Assembly: GCA_027022365.1 (NCBI GenBank)
Contig: JALVYU010000026.1
Coordinates: 288,001 to 352,000, forward strand
DNA from: Desulfurococcales archaeon
Lineage (GTDB): Archaea > Thermoproteota > Thermoprotei_A > Sulfolobales > Desulfurococcaceae
Direction of reading: 5' to 3'
Length of the DNA: 64,000 bases
Under the pieces are notes generated by a model. It worked only from the letters and a program-made list of their open reading frames with translations. It did not search any database and was not told the origin of the DNA. Shown here one piece after another: positions 1 to 10,237 of the stretch; the first letter of the stretch is position 1, and the number at the start of each line of letters is the position of its first letter. The position numbers and the translations under genes are program-made.

Positions 1-72
1 CGTCAGGTATTCTACCTCCTTTATCTTCCATTCAGGTATCCTCTTAGCTCTAGGCACTGCAGTCGCTGACAC
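1..72 (-). CDS. rplP0: 50S ribosomal protein uL10 (P0), N-terminus only; runs off window edge
   Basis: Manual translation from GTG at 72: MSATAVPRAKRIPEWKIKEVEYLT. Matches the archaeal P0 N-terminus (IPEWK..EV) and follows uL1. Confidence 0.85.
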   Translation of the reverse strand, partial: MSATAVPRAKRIPEWKIKEVEYLT

Positions 73-79
73 GGCTCAC

Positions 80-727
80 TCACCCTATAACTTCCACTGG
101 TGGACCCATAGTTGTTTTTACAACTATTTTAGCTATATTATTTGCACCGTTAGGCAACTTTGTCTCGAGCAATGAGAGTATTGTCTGCGCGTTCTCAACG
201 AGATCATCTATGTTCATGTCCTCAGTACCGATACGCGTCATCAATTGGGGCTGATCCTTGTTTCTAAGGAGAACTGCTGACTTGTATCTCTTGATGAGAA
301 CAGAGATATCTGCCGCTGGCGGCACAGGAACGGGGATCTTGCCTCTAGGGCCAAGTGCCGGTCCTAGTTTTCTACCAGCAATAGCCATTAAGTCCGTTCT
401 CACGAGAACCCAGTCACACTGCTGTGCAATCTTCTTGGCTCCCTTCTTGTCTAGTGCTTCAAGCTCGGGCTTCGTTATGACTTTAGCTGCGCCTGATTCT
501 CTCGCTTTTTCGGCCATTGCTCCATCGGCTACTACGCATATTATTTTATCCTTACCTAGCCCTTTGGGCAGAACGATTATTTCACGTATTCTACCCTCAG
601 GAGACCTGGGATCAATATCTCTTAACACAATGATTAACTCGACGCTTTGTTTAAACCTGCGTGGCGGACTATATTTTATTGCTTTTTCAATTGATTCCCT
701 TAGTTTCTCCTTTGATGGGAGAGGCAT
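80..727 (-). CDS. rpl1: 50S ribosomal protein uL1
   Basis: RRFKQSVELII, LGPALGPRGK and VKTTMGPP motifs; start trimmed to MPLPSK. Confidence 0.95.
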   Translation of the reverse strand: MPLPSKEKLRESIEKAIKYSPPRRFKQSVELIIVLRDIDPRSPEGRIREIIVLPKGLGKDKIICVVADGAMAEKARESGAAKVITKPELEALDKKGAKKIAQQCDWVLVRTDLMAIAGRKLGPALGPRGKIPVPVPPAADISVLIKRYKSAVLLRNKDQPQLMTRIGTEDMNIDDLVENAQTILSLLETKLPNGANNIAKIVVKTTMGPPVEVIG

Positions 728-732
728 TATGG

Positions 733-1257
733 TTACACCTCTTCTTCCTCTGTTTCTTTCTCCCACTCAGGCTCGTACTTGGCTAGCACCGCGTCATATA
801 TGCCTTCATCGATCTCCTTCTGGACTATCTTCGGATCCTTGCCGTTGACTGTAATACCTATACTTCTAGCGGAGCCTAATATTGTTTTAACACCTGCTTT
901 GAGTGTTTTGGCTGTTAATTGCTCTTTCTTCATTAGAGCTATCTCTATGATCTTCTCAATGGGCAGGTCTCCTATCTTTTGATGCGCCGGATCGCCGGAT
1001 GGGTTCTTTGCACCAACGGCTTTAAGGAGAAGAGCTGTAGTTGTCGGTATTCCGACTTTTATCTCAAATTTCTTTGTTGCAGTATCAACTATTATCTCGA
1101 CCGGGACTGTTAATCCTTCGAACTGTTTCGTCGCTTCATTAATCGCTTTTACTACTTCCATGACATTGACCTTGAGGGGAGAGAGCGTCGGGCCTAGCGG
1201 TGGGCCCGGGTTCGCCTTACCTCCTTCAACCATTACTTTTACTACTTTTTTACCCAT
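733..1257 (-). CDS. rpl11: 50S ribosomal protein uL11
   Basis: [12 protein letters not shown] motif; synteny with uL1. Confidence 0.95.
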   Translation of the reverse strand: MGKKVVKVMVEGGKANPGPPLGPTLSPLKVNVMEVVKAINEATKQFEGLTVPVEIIVDTATKKFEIKVGIPTTTALLLKAVGAKNPSGDPAHQKIGDLPIEKIIEIALMKKEQLTAKTLKAGVKTILGSARSIGITVNGKDPKIVQKEIDEGIYDAVLAKYEPEWEKETEEEEV

Positions 1258-1258
1258 T

Positions 1259-1741
1259 TTACCCACCACCTTTCTTCACGGGCTTAACATAATCACCTGG
1301 AACGGTTATAGGCACATTGAAAGCAGCCTCTAAGATACTAAGCATTACCATATTCTTATTTCTATCTACGCTCACGACCTGGGCCTTCATACCTCTGAAC
1401 GGACCACGCACAATTTCGACAATATCTCCCTCACTAACCATCTCAATAACTGGTTTGGGCTTGACCAGCCTCTCTATTTCTTCGGGCTTAACTTTTACGA
1501 GCTGGCCTCGCTTCACGTACTTAACATCTGTTATTAATGGGTAAACTGAACCCAGATTAGGGGCTTCTATAAAGACGTAACCCTTGATCCCGGGAGGAAC
1601 AATAATTGATCGAGCGTCTATTCCCCTTTCTTCCCTAAGGACGCGAGCCCTATTTTCCACTATTAAAGCAACATCCAGTTCCCGGCCAGCCGTCGTCCGT
1701 ATTGCGAAAAACTGTGAAGTCCTTGTTGCCAACGATATCAT
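1259..1741 (-). CDS. spt5: transcription elongation factor Spt5 (NusG family)
   Basis: NGN domain ([18 protein letters not shown]) plus KOW motif ([13 protein letters not shown]). Confidence 0.95.
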   Translation of the reverse strand: MISLATRTSQFFAIRTTAGRELDVALIVENRARVLREERGIDARSIIVPPGIKGYVFIEAPNLGSVYPLITDVKYVKRGQLVKVKPEEIERLVKPKPVIEMVSEGDIVEIVRGPFRGMKAQVVSVDRNKNMVMLSILEAAFNVPITVPGDYVKPVKKGGG

Positions 1742-1923
1742 CCTCCGTAGAGCTGCGGGAATAGGAACGTTAGGAAGATCAGTCTGATGACGAAGGCTAT
1801 AGCACCTACGAGGGTCAGGCCGAGGAGACTTATTTTTAGACTGGTCATGTATTCTTCACGTGTGGGTTTAGTGGCAAGCCTGATTATACGGCGCCATGAA
1901 TCGATTAATTCTCTAAACCCCAT
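1738..1923 (-). CDS. secE: protein translocase subunit SecE/Sec61gamma
   Basis: RIIRLATKPTREEY followed by one TM helix; lies between ftsY and spt5. Confidence 0.93.
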   Translation of the reverse strand: MGFRELIDSWRRIIRLATKPTREEYMTSLKISLLGLTLVGAIAFVIRLIFLTFLFPQLYGG

Positions 1924-1943
1924 TATCGATCCGCTCCATATCC

Positions 1944-2834
1944 TTAATATATATTCGGTAATATCTTATTTACAAATTCATCGATGCTGAAAGGCTTTAA
2001 ATCTTTATATTCCTGTCCAACACCTATCATTATGATCGGTTTTCTTATTGCATAGACTATGCTAAGCGGAACACCGCCTTGCTCATACGCATCGACCTTA
2101 GTTACAATAACGCCATCAACCCCGATGTATTCGTCGAAGAACTTTGCCTGCTCAATCGCATCATTACCAGTCAAGGCATCCACAACAAGTATTTTACGGT
2201 GAGGTTTAGAAACTCTAACCAGTTTCTTGAGCTCGTTAGCTAGATCTATATCTGTATGCATCCGCCCAGCAGTGTCTATTAAAACAACATCGTATCCACG
2301 GTTCTCAGCGTACTTGATAGCGTCAAAAGTTATAGCCGCAGGATCAGCGCCGTACTTCCCCATGAACACCGGTATACCTGTTCGTTGACCATGCAATTTT
2401 AATTGTTCCTGCGCACCGGCGCGGAACGTGTCAGCTGCAACCATTAGTGGCTTGTATCCCTTCTCCCTATATGCAACAGCGAGCTTGGCAATGGTTGTCG
2501 TTTTTCCAACACCATTAACCCCGAGAAAGACTATCTTATAGGGTTTATGGTTTTGGGCTTCCTCAAATATATCTAGATTTCCTGCTTCTCTGAATAAGCT
2601 AATTATCAGTTCTCTAAGCTTTATCACAAGCTCCTTCTTATTCCTTATATTGCCTCTCTTTATCTCTTCCCGAAGAGAATTTATTATGTATTCAGCACAT
2701 TCATAAGCAACATCGCTTTCAATAAGGCTGAACTTGAAATCTTCTAAAATCTCATCTAGTTTTTCTCTGGCTCCCAAAAACGAGGAGGCTTTCTCTATAA
2801 ACCTGGAAAATACTTTCTTTATCTTTCCAAACAA
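1944..2834 (-). CDS. ftsY: SRP receptor FtsY
   Basis: GVNGVGKTTT, DTFRAGA, DTAGR and TKVD motifs; probable TTG start at 2834 after a GGTG SD (ORF track extends to 2900). Confidence 0.95.
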   Translation of the reverse strand: MFGKIKKVFSRFIEKASSFLGAREKLDEILEDFKFSLIESDVAYECAEYIINSLREEIKRGNIRNKKELVIKLRELIISLFREAGNLDIFEEAQNHKPYKIVFLGVNGVGKTTTIAKLAVAYREKGYKPLMVAADTFRAGAQEQLKLHGQRTGIPVFMGKYGADPAAITFDAIKYAENRGYDVVLIDTAGRMHTDIDLANELKKLVRVSKPHRKILVVDALTGNDAIEQAKFFDEYIGVDGVIVTKVDAYEQGGVPLSIVYAIRKPIIMIGVGQEYKDLKPFSIDEFVNKILPNIY

Positions 2835-2862
2835 TTGGAATACACCGATGCTATTTTTCTCC

Positions 2863-3327
2863 CTATCCTTGAGCTTTACTGGTCTGTTGTACCTGCGCAT
2901 ACACGGACGCTAGGATCTGCTGTATGTAATTATATTCCGTCAGTGCCGACGCTAATTGTCTCTGAAGCCCATCTAATAGACGGCGTGTCTCGGCTATCCT
3001 CTTGTTTAGAAGTTTCATAGCATTTTCTTTATCAGTTTTGATATAATAGTTGCCACCAATATTTACCAGAAGCTTCTTATGCCATTCATCAACTATTTTA
3101 ACGGGCAGAAAGACTGTATTCATTCTATCCAACATGACATAAGAATCAGTGGAGCCTTCTGGGAGTTCATCTATTGTTGTTAGAGATAGTTGTAGCTCTG
3201 TTAGTTGAGCTGACAGTTCTTGTACTTGGGTTTGCAATATACCAATATATTCACGTAACTCGTTAGCCCTTATCATCAGCTCTGTCAAAGATATTTTTCT
3301 ACGTCCTTCTCTTGGTTGTTTACTCAT
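2863..3327 (-). CDS. pfdA: prefoldin subunit alpha
   Basis: Coiled coil / beta hairpin (LLVNIGGNYYI) / coiled coil; conserved position between eL20 and ftsY. Confidence 0.9.
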   Translation of the reverse strand: MSKQPREGRRKISLTELMIRANELREYIGILQTQVQELSAQLTELQLSLTTIDELPEGSTDSYVMLDRMNTVFLPVKIVDEWHKKLLVNIGGNYYIKTDKENAMKLLNKRIAETRRLLDGLQRQLASALTEYNYIQQILASVYAQVQQTSKAQG

Positions 3328-3584
3328 ATCTCAAACCCCTTGATCATGGCGAGTGCTGCGATTCTTCTGTCTCTAACCTCGTCCAAACTGATCTCTTTGA
3401 CACTCGTGATCTTTATGTGCTTTCTCCTAAGCTTATGGTTGCTCCCCAGTACCGAGTATACATATTCAATCGCTTGTTCCTTCGTTAATGCTCTAACTTC
3501 TTTGGAGAATTTCTGCCATGTTGGATACCTATCATGGCTTATTAGCATGTAGCCCTCTACCTTGAATATTTTGACCTCGCTCAT
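3324..3584 (-). CDS. rpl18a: 50S ribosomal protein eL20 (L18Ae/LX)
   Basis: FSKEVRA...AIEYVYSVLGSNHKLRRKHIKI. Confidence 0.93.
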   Translation of the reverse strand: MSEVKIFKVEGYMLISHDRYPTWQKFSKEVRALTKEQAIEYVYSVLGSNHKLRRKHIKITSVKEISLDEVRDRRIAALAMIKGFEI

Positions 3585-4264
3585 TTTTCTGCACCTTCGA
3601 AGCCTCTTTTAATACGTAGTATTTCAGGTCCGGTGGTTATTTCCCCAACTATAATGCCATAATTATTAGCTACTAGACCACTCTTTATAAAAGGTATTCC
3701 TGCATTTACAGTGCTTCTTTCAATACCTATGTTTAGTATCTCCTCAAGTTCTTTGATCTCATCATCGCTCACATCTGGGTGTATTACTCCCCCATTATCA
3801 TTTATCACGGCTAAGCTTCCCGGTATGGGCAGCCCCATTATGTTCTTCTTTATGATCTCTATACCTAACGTATCAGATATTTTGTCAATCTCCGAATCCT
3901 CTATCTCCTCGCTCGCTATTCCTATCTTATTGTTTACGAGGAACATGTTCCCCAGAGCAGTATATCTAGAGCCAGATAAGTATATGTTTAAGCCATATTT
4001 TTTCAAGAGCCTAGACAATGCATCGATTTCCTCATAATTAGTATTCCTGGGTAGTATGATGCCGTTGTTATTACCAACTACAAGTATTCCATGTAGAAAA
4101 GTCCCCGCGATCGTTATCCGAACTGTTTCAACGTTGAGAGCTTCCTGAATAGTATTTTCCTCTTCCCTAGTTATGCCGGGTGGTACTAGCGCTACCTTGT
4201 CATTAGCATAGATAAATACGCCGACATTGGCGTTACCCATTAATCCCAGCTTATATATTTCCAT
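3581..4264 (-). CDS. eif6: translation initiation factor 6 (aIF6)
   Basis: NVGVFIYAND, TVNAG and TTGPE motifs. Confidence 0.95.
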   Translation of the reverse strand: MEIYKLGLMGNANVGVFIYANDKVALVPPGITREEENTIQEALNVETVRITIAGTFLHGILVVGNNNGIILPRNTNYEEIDALSRLLKKYGLNIYLSGSRYTALGNMFLVNNKIGIASEEIEDSEIDKISDTLGIEIIKKNIMGLPIPGSLAVINDNGGVIHPDVSDDEIKELEEILNIGIERSTVNAGIPFIKSGLVANNYGIIVGEITTGPEILRIKRGFEGAEK

Positions 4265-4424
4265 AATTCACTCCCGCATCAGCTGTATTTCAATATATAT
4301 TGACATATTATATAGGAGATATTATAGTAATCTACCATACTACCGATAGAGACAATGCAGTTTATCAACTGAGCAACAAGGAAATAATTCCGGCTTTCTA
4401 GATAATCCAGATCATGTAAAAGAA

Positions 4425-4730
4425 TTATTTCTCGGTCCTCGAGCTAATTATGTTTTGTTTGCGGACAAGCAATACCTTGGCTACTTTTTCTTCTTTGTCA
4501 AATCTTATCTCGACCATGACTCGTCTCGGTGGCTTTTCTCTACTGAACCGCCATATATAATTGTTGACTTCATTTGATATCACGATTCTCTCTGCGTCCT
4601 TAAAGTGTCTAGCTACATACTTTCTGATCAGCCTTATCGCCCTGTCTGCCCTATTTGTTCTCCTTCCCCAGTACACGCGCTTTAAGGGGATCACATGTAT
4701 TGATTTCACGATTTTTCCTTCCTCACTCAT
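4425..4730 (-). CDS. rpl31e: 50S ribosomal protein eL31
   Basis: IPLKRVYWGRRTNRADRAIRLIRKYVARH. Confidence 0.95.
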   Translation of the reverse strand: MSEEGKIVKSIHVIPLKRVYWGRRTNRADRAIRLIRKYVARHFKDAERIVISNEVNNYIWRFSREKPPRRVMVEIRFDKEEKVAKVLLVRKQNIISSRTEK

Positions 4731-4760
4731 AGGGGCTCACCCAAGCCATGTGTGATATCA

Positions 4761-4916
4761 TTAGACTTTTAGCTTGTTTCTCCTCCAGTGTCTTCTTCTC
4801 ATGCCTCTTCTTACTTTGAGGCGTGTCCTTATACTTACCCATATAGGTACGGGTGCGTTGGACTTGTAAGCTGCTGCAAGCCTGAGTTTGCGGGCGAGTG
4901 GCTTATAGCGGGCCAT
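4761..4916 (-). CDS. rpl39e: 50S ribosomal protein eL39 (not in ORF track)
   Basis: Manual translation: MARYKPLARKLRLAAAYKSNAPVPIWVSIRTRLKVRRGMRRRHWRRNKLKV (51 aa). Confidence 0.95.
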   Translation of the reverse strand: MARYKPLARKLRLAAAYKSNAPVPIWVSIRTRLKVRRGMRRRHWRRNKLKV

Positions 4917-4928
4917 ATATGTTCACCC

Positions 4929-5264
4929 TTATTTCCTAATAATACGAATACGTGTCTCCCTATGGGTCTGTTCATATATCTGGGCAAGCAGAGTTTTCAA
5001 TAACTCATCCGTCACTGGAATAGGTAGTCTACCAGCCTGAGCTAAAGCAATTATCTGTTGTTCCACCAGGGAAGCGAGCTCGGGTTTGACGAGTCTTAGA
5101 TTAGCCAGTCTTTCACGAGCTTCTGGAGTCATTATTTTGCGGAGCAATGCTTCTACTTGTAGCCTACGCTGTCGCTCCTCCTCCATTTTCTTCTGTAGTT
5201 CTATCAGTTTTCTCCGCTTAAGCTCCTCGAGATCAGCATCGTATCCTTCAGCCATTCTTGTCAC
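4929..5264 (-). CDS. PDCD5/TFAR19-family DNA-binding protein
   Basis: LRKIMTPEARERLANLRLVKPELA motif; conserved position between eS19 and eL39. Confidence 0.92.
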   Translation of the reverse strand: MTRMAEGYDADLEELKRRKLIELQKKMEEERQRRLQVEALLRKIMTPEARERLANLRLVKPELASLVEQQIIALAQAGRLPIPVTDELLKTLLAQIYEQTHRETRIRIIRK

Positions 5265-5274
5265 CGCTAAAATA

Positions 5275-5769
5275 TTACTTTCTAAGGACCTTATTACGTA
5301 TATTGACTGGCAGGTACTTCGCTAGCTCTGGCTGCTCCTTTACGAGCTCAATCATTATCTCGAAGGCAAGCCTGTCTAGAAGGGCTCTTCCTTGTGGTGT
5401 GAGTATTCTTCCTTTCCCTCTAACTTTCCTTACTAGGCGGGCCTGCTCCAGTTGCTGTAGTATTTTCCTCGCAATACTGCCACTACCCTTTACGAAGTGC
5501 TCTGGGGCGGAACCATAGTTCTTTCTACCACCATATATTGTCCTGAAAGTCTCTATGCCGATGGGCTCTGAGGACTTGTATAGTTTTCTCAGTATACTGG
5601 CTGCTCTATAGTACCACCAGTCGGGATCACTTGGAGGCTTCTCCTTATGGGCACCTGTTTTGACAAAGTATGCCCACTCCGGAGGCTTCACCTGCGGTAC
5701 ATTATTCTTTAGGTACAATGCTAGTCGCTCTATGAGTTTGTCAGCTGGTACTTCAAGCGCTGTTACCAT
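5275..5769 (-). CDS. rps19e: 30S ribosomal protein eS19
   Basis: [22 protein letters not shown]. Confidence 0.96.
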   Translation of the reverse strand: MVTALEVPADKLIERLALYLKNNVPQVKPPEWAYFVKTGAHKEKPPSDPDWWYYRAASILRKLYKSSEPIGIETFRTIYGGRKNYGSAPEHFVKGSGSIARKILQQLEQARLVRKVRGKGRILTPQGRALLDRLAFEIMIELVKEQPELAKYLPVNIRNKVLRK

Positions 5770-6137
5770 TATCTTCCCCCTCTTCTAATTGGATTTTCCA
5801 ATATAGATTCAGTGTTTTTATTTTTACCTATACTTTTTCCCTTTAATGCGAGTATGAAAGTATTCCCCCTTACTTCTATAAGTCTTGCCCCGGCGAGTTC
5901 GGCTACTTTTCTAGCTATGCTTCTCCTATCGTTCTCCCCGGATTTGAGATAGGATCTAAGAATTCTTATCTTGACAACACCCTGTTTCTTCAGACGCCTT
6001 TTCACCTCGTTTATGAATCCCTCGGTTAGCCCTGATTTTCCGAGCTGTATGTCTACTTTTCCGCGTCTTCTTTCCTTGATAAGGTTCTTGATCTTGTTTT
6101 TATCATATACCTCCTCTTCCATCCACACATCAGGCAT
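5769..6137 (-). CDS. YhbY/CRM-domain RNA-binding protein
   Basis: [16 protein letters not shown]...GVVKIRIL...VRGNTFIL. Confidence 0.9.
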   Translation of the reverse strand: MPDVWMEEEVYDKNKIKNLIKERRRGKVDIQLGKSGLTEGFINEVKRRLKKQGVVKIRILRSYLKSGENDRRSIARKVAELAGARLIEVRGNTFILALKGKSIGKNKNTESILENPIRRGGR

Positions 6138-6433
6138 GTCACAACTACCCTTGAACCTCTATGTCCCTCACTTCTTATTCTGACCCTTGAGGTCAATCCC
6201 GGTATTAGGGGTATATGGCATTTTCTACAATATCCCCTCCTTATATATCTTGGAGGTTTTATTCTAGCTTTGTGCGCGATCCTAATAATTAGTTCAATAT
6301 ATCTTCTCGCTAGCCAGTACCTTCCCTGCCTGGTCTCGGTGAGCGCCAATCTATAGAGCAGAGCTATTCTCTGCCTCGCCATGTCTTTCATGAGCCTTAG
6401 TTTATTTTTCCATTTCATACGGCTTAGCCCCAT
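6053..6433 (-). CDS. rnp4: ribonuclease P protein component 4 (Rpp21)
   Basis: MARQRIALL, YCRKCHIPLIPG and CLMCG zinc ribbon. Confidence 0.93.
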   Translation of the reverse strand: MGLSRMKWKNKLRLMKDMARQRIALLYRLALTETRQGRYWLARRYIELIIRIAHKARIKPPRYIRRGYCRKCHIPLIPGLTSRVRIRSEGHRGSRVVVTCLMCGWKRRYMIKTRSRTLSRKEDAEK

Positions 6434-6490
6434 ATCCCTTATATTACTATTATGTAATATTATTTTGAAATCCTAGTAGGGTGTACAAGC

Positions 6491-7177
6491 ATGAATAGGC
6501 TGAGAATAATACTGCTTGAATCAGCGCTGGAAACAGTGCCTCAGGAGATATGGGGGCATCCCGCAGTAGTTAAGAATGCGAGGAGGAGAGGTAAGAAGCC
6601 AGGCGAGACACTACTTGATGTTTCATTACACTATCATGCTATGAAGAACCTGGAGGATCGCGAGAAGAGAGGTCGGCCAGACATAGTTCACATAACGCTT
6701 CTTGAACTTCTTGAGAGCCCACTTAATAAGGAGGGACATCTGGAAGTATATGTTCATACTTATCAGGGCCACGTAATATTCATAGATCCATCTACGCGTA
6801 TCCCTAGAAACTATAATCGATTTGTAGGACTAATGGAGCAATTATTCAAGTACGGCAAGGTTCCACCAGACGCGGAAAAACCGTTAATTTATATCAAAAC
6901 ACTAACCCTTGAAAAATTATTAGAAAAACTAGGGTGCAAGGGCTTAGCTATACTATGGGAGAAGGGAGAAAGGGCTAGTCCCGAAAACATAGTGTCGATT
7001 GCGATGAACAATAACTATGCGATAGGGATTGGCGGGTTCCCGCATGGTGATTTCAGCGAAAAGATTATTTCGCTTGCATCATACAAGTTCTCGATATATA
7101 GGGATCCGCTGAATTCATGGGTCGTGGCCTCTAGGATCGCATATGCTGCGGAGAAAATACTTGGAATTCTGCCGTAG
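6491..7177 (+). CDS. nep1: 16S rRNA pseudouridine N1-methyltransferase Nep1/Emg1
   Basis: RGRPDIVH, RIPRNYNRFVGLMEQL and IGGFPHG motifs. Confidence 0.95.
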   Translation: MNRLRIILLESALETVPQEIWGHPAVVKNARRRGKKPGETLLDVSLHYHAMKNLEDREKRGRPDIVHITLLELLESPLNKEGHLEVYVHTYQGHVIFIDPSTRIPRNYNRFVGLMEQLFKYGKVPPDAEKPLIYIKTLTLEKLLEKLGCKGLAILWEKGERASPENIVSIAMNNNYAIGIGGFPHGDFSEKIISLASYKFSIYRDPLNSWVVASRIAYAAEKILGILP

Positions 7178-7294
7178 AGTATATTAAATTGTTTATATAT
7201 GAATAATCTGTTCTAAGATTTATACAATATTAAATACCCGGTACAATTAAATGGTAATACCATTGAATACTTCTTACGAGCGGAGGAGGTAGTC

Positions 7295-10198
7295 ATGACT
7301 AGCGTTGTTGAGAAACGCGAAGAGACCATTCCGAAGAATGACCCAATTGTTGAGTACGCCAAGTGGAACAGTATAGATGTGAATGAGAATGCGAATAGAT
7401 ACATGGGACCAACGGGCTTCTTCTCCTATCTACTCGAGACATATATGAGGAGAGACTTATTATCACTGCTTCCACACGACCTGCTACGAGCTCATTTCGA
7501 CGGCTACATATACATCCATAAACTACCACACAGCCTATACATCCCATACTGTACGGGCCACAGTGTATCCAGGATGCTCAAGAAAGGGTTAAGAACACCT
7601 ACAATTGTTTCTAGACCTGCCAGACATTTCGATACATATGTTGATCACATAGCTAACTACCTCATAACACTACAACACTACTTCACCGGCGCACAGGCAT
7701 TCAGCAGTGTAGAATGGTATGCAGGACCATTCATAAGAAGAGATAAGCTAAGCTATGAACAAGTAAAACAACAAATACAACGCCTAGTATTTAATCTAAA
7801 CTACCCAACAAGAGTTGGGATGCAATGTCTATCAGAAGATACAAAGATACTAACTCCAGAGGGCTGGAAGGGCTATAGTGAAATAAGAGAGGGAGATCTC
7901 ATATATACCTTTAACATTAAAACAAAAACAATCGAAATTAAGCCTGTAAGGCATATATACGTAGATAAATATCGTGGAAAAATGTATAATCTAAGAAATA
8001 GAACACAGAACCAACTGGTTTCACCTAAACACAGAGTAGTATGGCTTGATTTTAAGAATAAAGATATTGTCAGATACAACCCTATAGAAGAAATATTAAA
8101 GTACAAATCTCCGATACCCATCCCAACAACTGCTTATCCGGCCTATGACAGTAAAGATTACCCTATAAGCGACGACGAATTAAAATTAATAGCATGGATC
8201 TTGTCTGAGGGCTCCATAGACCTGTATAGAAGAAGAGGGGAGAAGAAATACTATAGAATAAGAATTATACAATCAGATATAGCTAATCCAGATAATTTCA
8301 ATGAAATTTTATCCCTTCTTAATAGGCTGGGTATTAAATATCGTATCGTAGAAGATAAAGGCTTAGGATATGCTAAGGCAATAGTATTAAGTGCTAAAGA
8401 TTCTGAGAAAATATTTAATCTATTAGGAAAGCCAGAAAAGAAACCTCCAAAATGGCTTTATAAGTTAAGCAGACGACAGGCAAGAATATTTATTGAAACA
8501 TATGTTAAAGGTGATGGATGGGTAGAATATAAAGGTGGTGTTCCAAAGAGAATTAGAATATCAACAGTAGAACCAGATATAAAGGATGCATTAGTTGCCC
8601 TTGCAGTACTCGCCGGTTATAATGTATCATTAAAAGAAAGAAAACCATCATCTAAAATAAGTAAGAAGACTCAATATGTAATCTCTCTTACTACGACGAA
8701 ATCTGATTATATTAAAGAAATAAAGGAAGTTGATTATGACGGGATAATTTGGTCTGTCAATACGGAAAACGAAACAGTCATAGCAATGAGGGAAGGGTCA
8801 ATATTCATAACAGGCAATACCCCCTTTACTAATTTTACAGTAACACTTGATGCTCCGAAGAAGATGCTTGAGGGTGATTATGCAGTATATAATGGTAAGA
8901 AAATAGCCCGCCTCGGAGAGTACTATAAGGAGGCTAAGACATTCATATTGGCATTAACAGATATACTTTATCATGGAGATATGTATGGACAACCATTTAC
9001 ATTTCCGATCCCAACATTAATGACAACAGCCGATATGATATGGGAGGAGCCAGAAGTATATGAGGCAATATTTAGAACAGCTGCGCGCAGAGGGAGCTTC
9101 TACTGGCTGAACACCCGTATAGTAGATCCTGATGCAAGCTTCAGCATGTGTTGTAGAATAAATATAGATCGCAACGAGCTACTCTACGCTTACAACGGCA
9201 AGGCAAAAGGACTGGGCCTTAATTTCAGCATTAAGAAGGATCTGGAGGAGCTACACGAAGAAAATCTCGAGATGATCGAGAAACAAAGGTTCGGGGGACT
9301 CTGGGCAATGCCGGACGTAACTGGCAGTGTTAATGTAACAACAATAAATCTACCGCGCATAGCGTTGGAGTCAGGTGGTAATGATACAAGGTTCTGGGAA
9401 ATATATGATAGGATACTAGAACTCGTCAAGAAGAGCGAGGACTGGTTTAGAAAGAGATACGTTAAATTAATGTCCAGATACCCTGGAATGTATATGATGA
9501 TCAAAGAATATCTTACGGAGTTCCCGAGCAGCCACTTTAATACGATAGGTATACTTGGACTGCCAGAAGCAGCCGCTATCCTTATGAGAGAGCCGAGGCT
9601 ATGGTGGGAGGGAAGTAAGAAGGATTGGCTACGCGCAACCGAGTTGATGAAGAAGATGGTAGAATACGCCGTGATGAAGGCCAGAGAATGGATGCGCGAG
9701 TCGGGTATCCCGTGGAATGTCGAAGAAGTGCCTGGTGAGAGTGCGGCGGCTAAACTAGCTATTAAGGATTCAGAGAAATTCCCGGAGGTAGTAGATTATC
9801 TGAGCGATCCCGAGAACCCGATCTACAGCACCAGTATCGCTCCCTACTATGGAGAACTAGAGCTAGCTGATAGGATCGAGATCGAGTCTATGGTGCAGAA
9901 ACACTTCACCGGCGGAGTAATGATGCACATATTCCTAGGAGAAGAGCCTGACCCGGACGCATTAGCCAAGCTCACCAAGAGACTCATCAACACGGATCTA
10001 ATATACTGGAGTTACACACCGGCAATAACACATTGCCCGAGATGTAGCAAGACATTCACCGGCCTCTACAGGAGATGTCCTGCATGTGGATATGAAGGAG
10101 TAGAAATATGGAGCAGAATAATAGGATACTACAGACCGCTCAAGAACTGGAACCCGTATCGTAGGAGGGAGTTCTGGACAAGGAAACACTATATGTAG
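7295..10198 (+). CDS. nrdD: anaerobic (class III) ribonucleoside-triphosphate reductase, intein-containing
   Basis: YIYIHKL..PYC, finger loop SMCCR, PGESAA, CPRC...CPACG and glycyl-radical motif SRIIGYY; no N-terminal ATP cone seen. Confidence 0.95.
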   Translation: MTSVVEKREETIPKNDPIVEYAKWNSIDVNENANRYMGPTGFFSYLLETYMRRDLLSLLPHDLLRAHFDGYIYIHKLPHSLYIPYCTGHSVSRMLKKGLRTPTIVSRPARHFDTYVDHIANYLITLQHYFTGAQAFSSVEWYAGPFIRRDKLSYEQVKQQIQRLVFNLNYPTRVGMQCLSEDTKILTPEGWKGYSEIREGDLIYTFNIKTKTIEIKPVRHIYVDKYRGKMYNLRNRTQNQLVSPKHRVVWLDFKNKDIVRYNPIEEILKYKSPIPIPTTAYPAYDSKDYPISDDELKLIAWILSEGSIDLYRRRGEKKYYRIRIIQSDIANPDNFNEILSLLNRLGIKYRIVEDKGLGYAKAIVLSAKDSEKIFNLLGKPEKKPPKWLYKLSRRQARIFIETYVKGDGWVEYKGGVPKRIRISTVEPDIKDALVALAVLAGYNVSLKERKPSSKISKKTQYVISLTTTKSDYIKEIKEVDYDGIIWSVNTENETVIAMREGSIFITGNTPFTNFTVTLDAPKKMLEGDYAVYNGKKIARLGEYYKEAKTFILALTDILYHGDMYGQPFTFPIPTLMTTADMIWEEPEVYEAIFRTAARRGSFYWLNTRIVDPDASFSMCCRINIDRNELLYAYNGKAKGLGLNFSIKKDLEELHEENLEMIEKQRFGGLWAMPDVTGSVNVTTINLPRIALESGGNDTRFWEIYDRILELVKKSEDWFRKRYVKLMSRYPGMYMMIKEYLTEFPSSHFNTIGILGLPEAAAILMREPRLWWEGSKKDWLRATELMKKMVEYAVMKAREWMRESGIPWNVEEVPGESAAAKLAIKDSEKFPEVVDYLSDPENPIYSTSIAPYYGELELADRIEIESMVQKHFTGGVMMHIFLGEEPDPDALAKLTKRLINTDLIYWSYTPAITHCPRCSKTFTGLYRRCPACGYEGVEIWSRIIGYYRPLKNWNPYRRREFWTRKHYM
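7826..8818 (+). mobile_element. intein (331 aa) with LAGLIDADG homing endonuclease, within NrdD
   Basis: Q/CLSEDTKILT block A, VSPKHRV block B, LIAWILSEG and FIETYVKGDG endonuclease motifs, C-terminal IFITGN/T. Confidence 0.93.
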
Positions 10199-10237
10199 CA
10201 AACACGTTTCCCTTAACTCATTTTTAAATATCAATAT

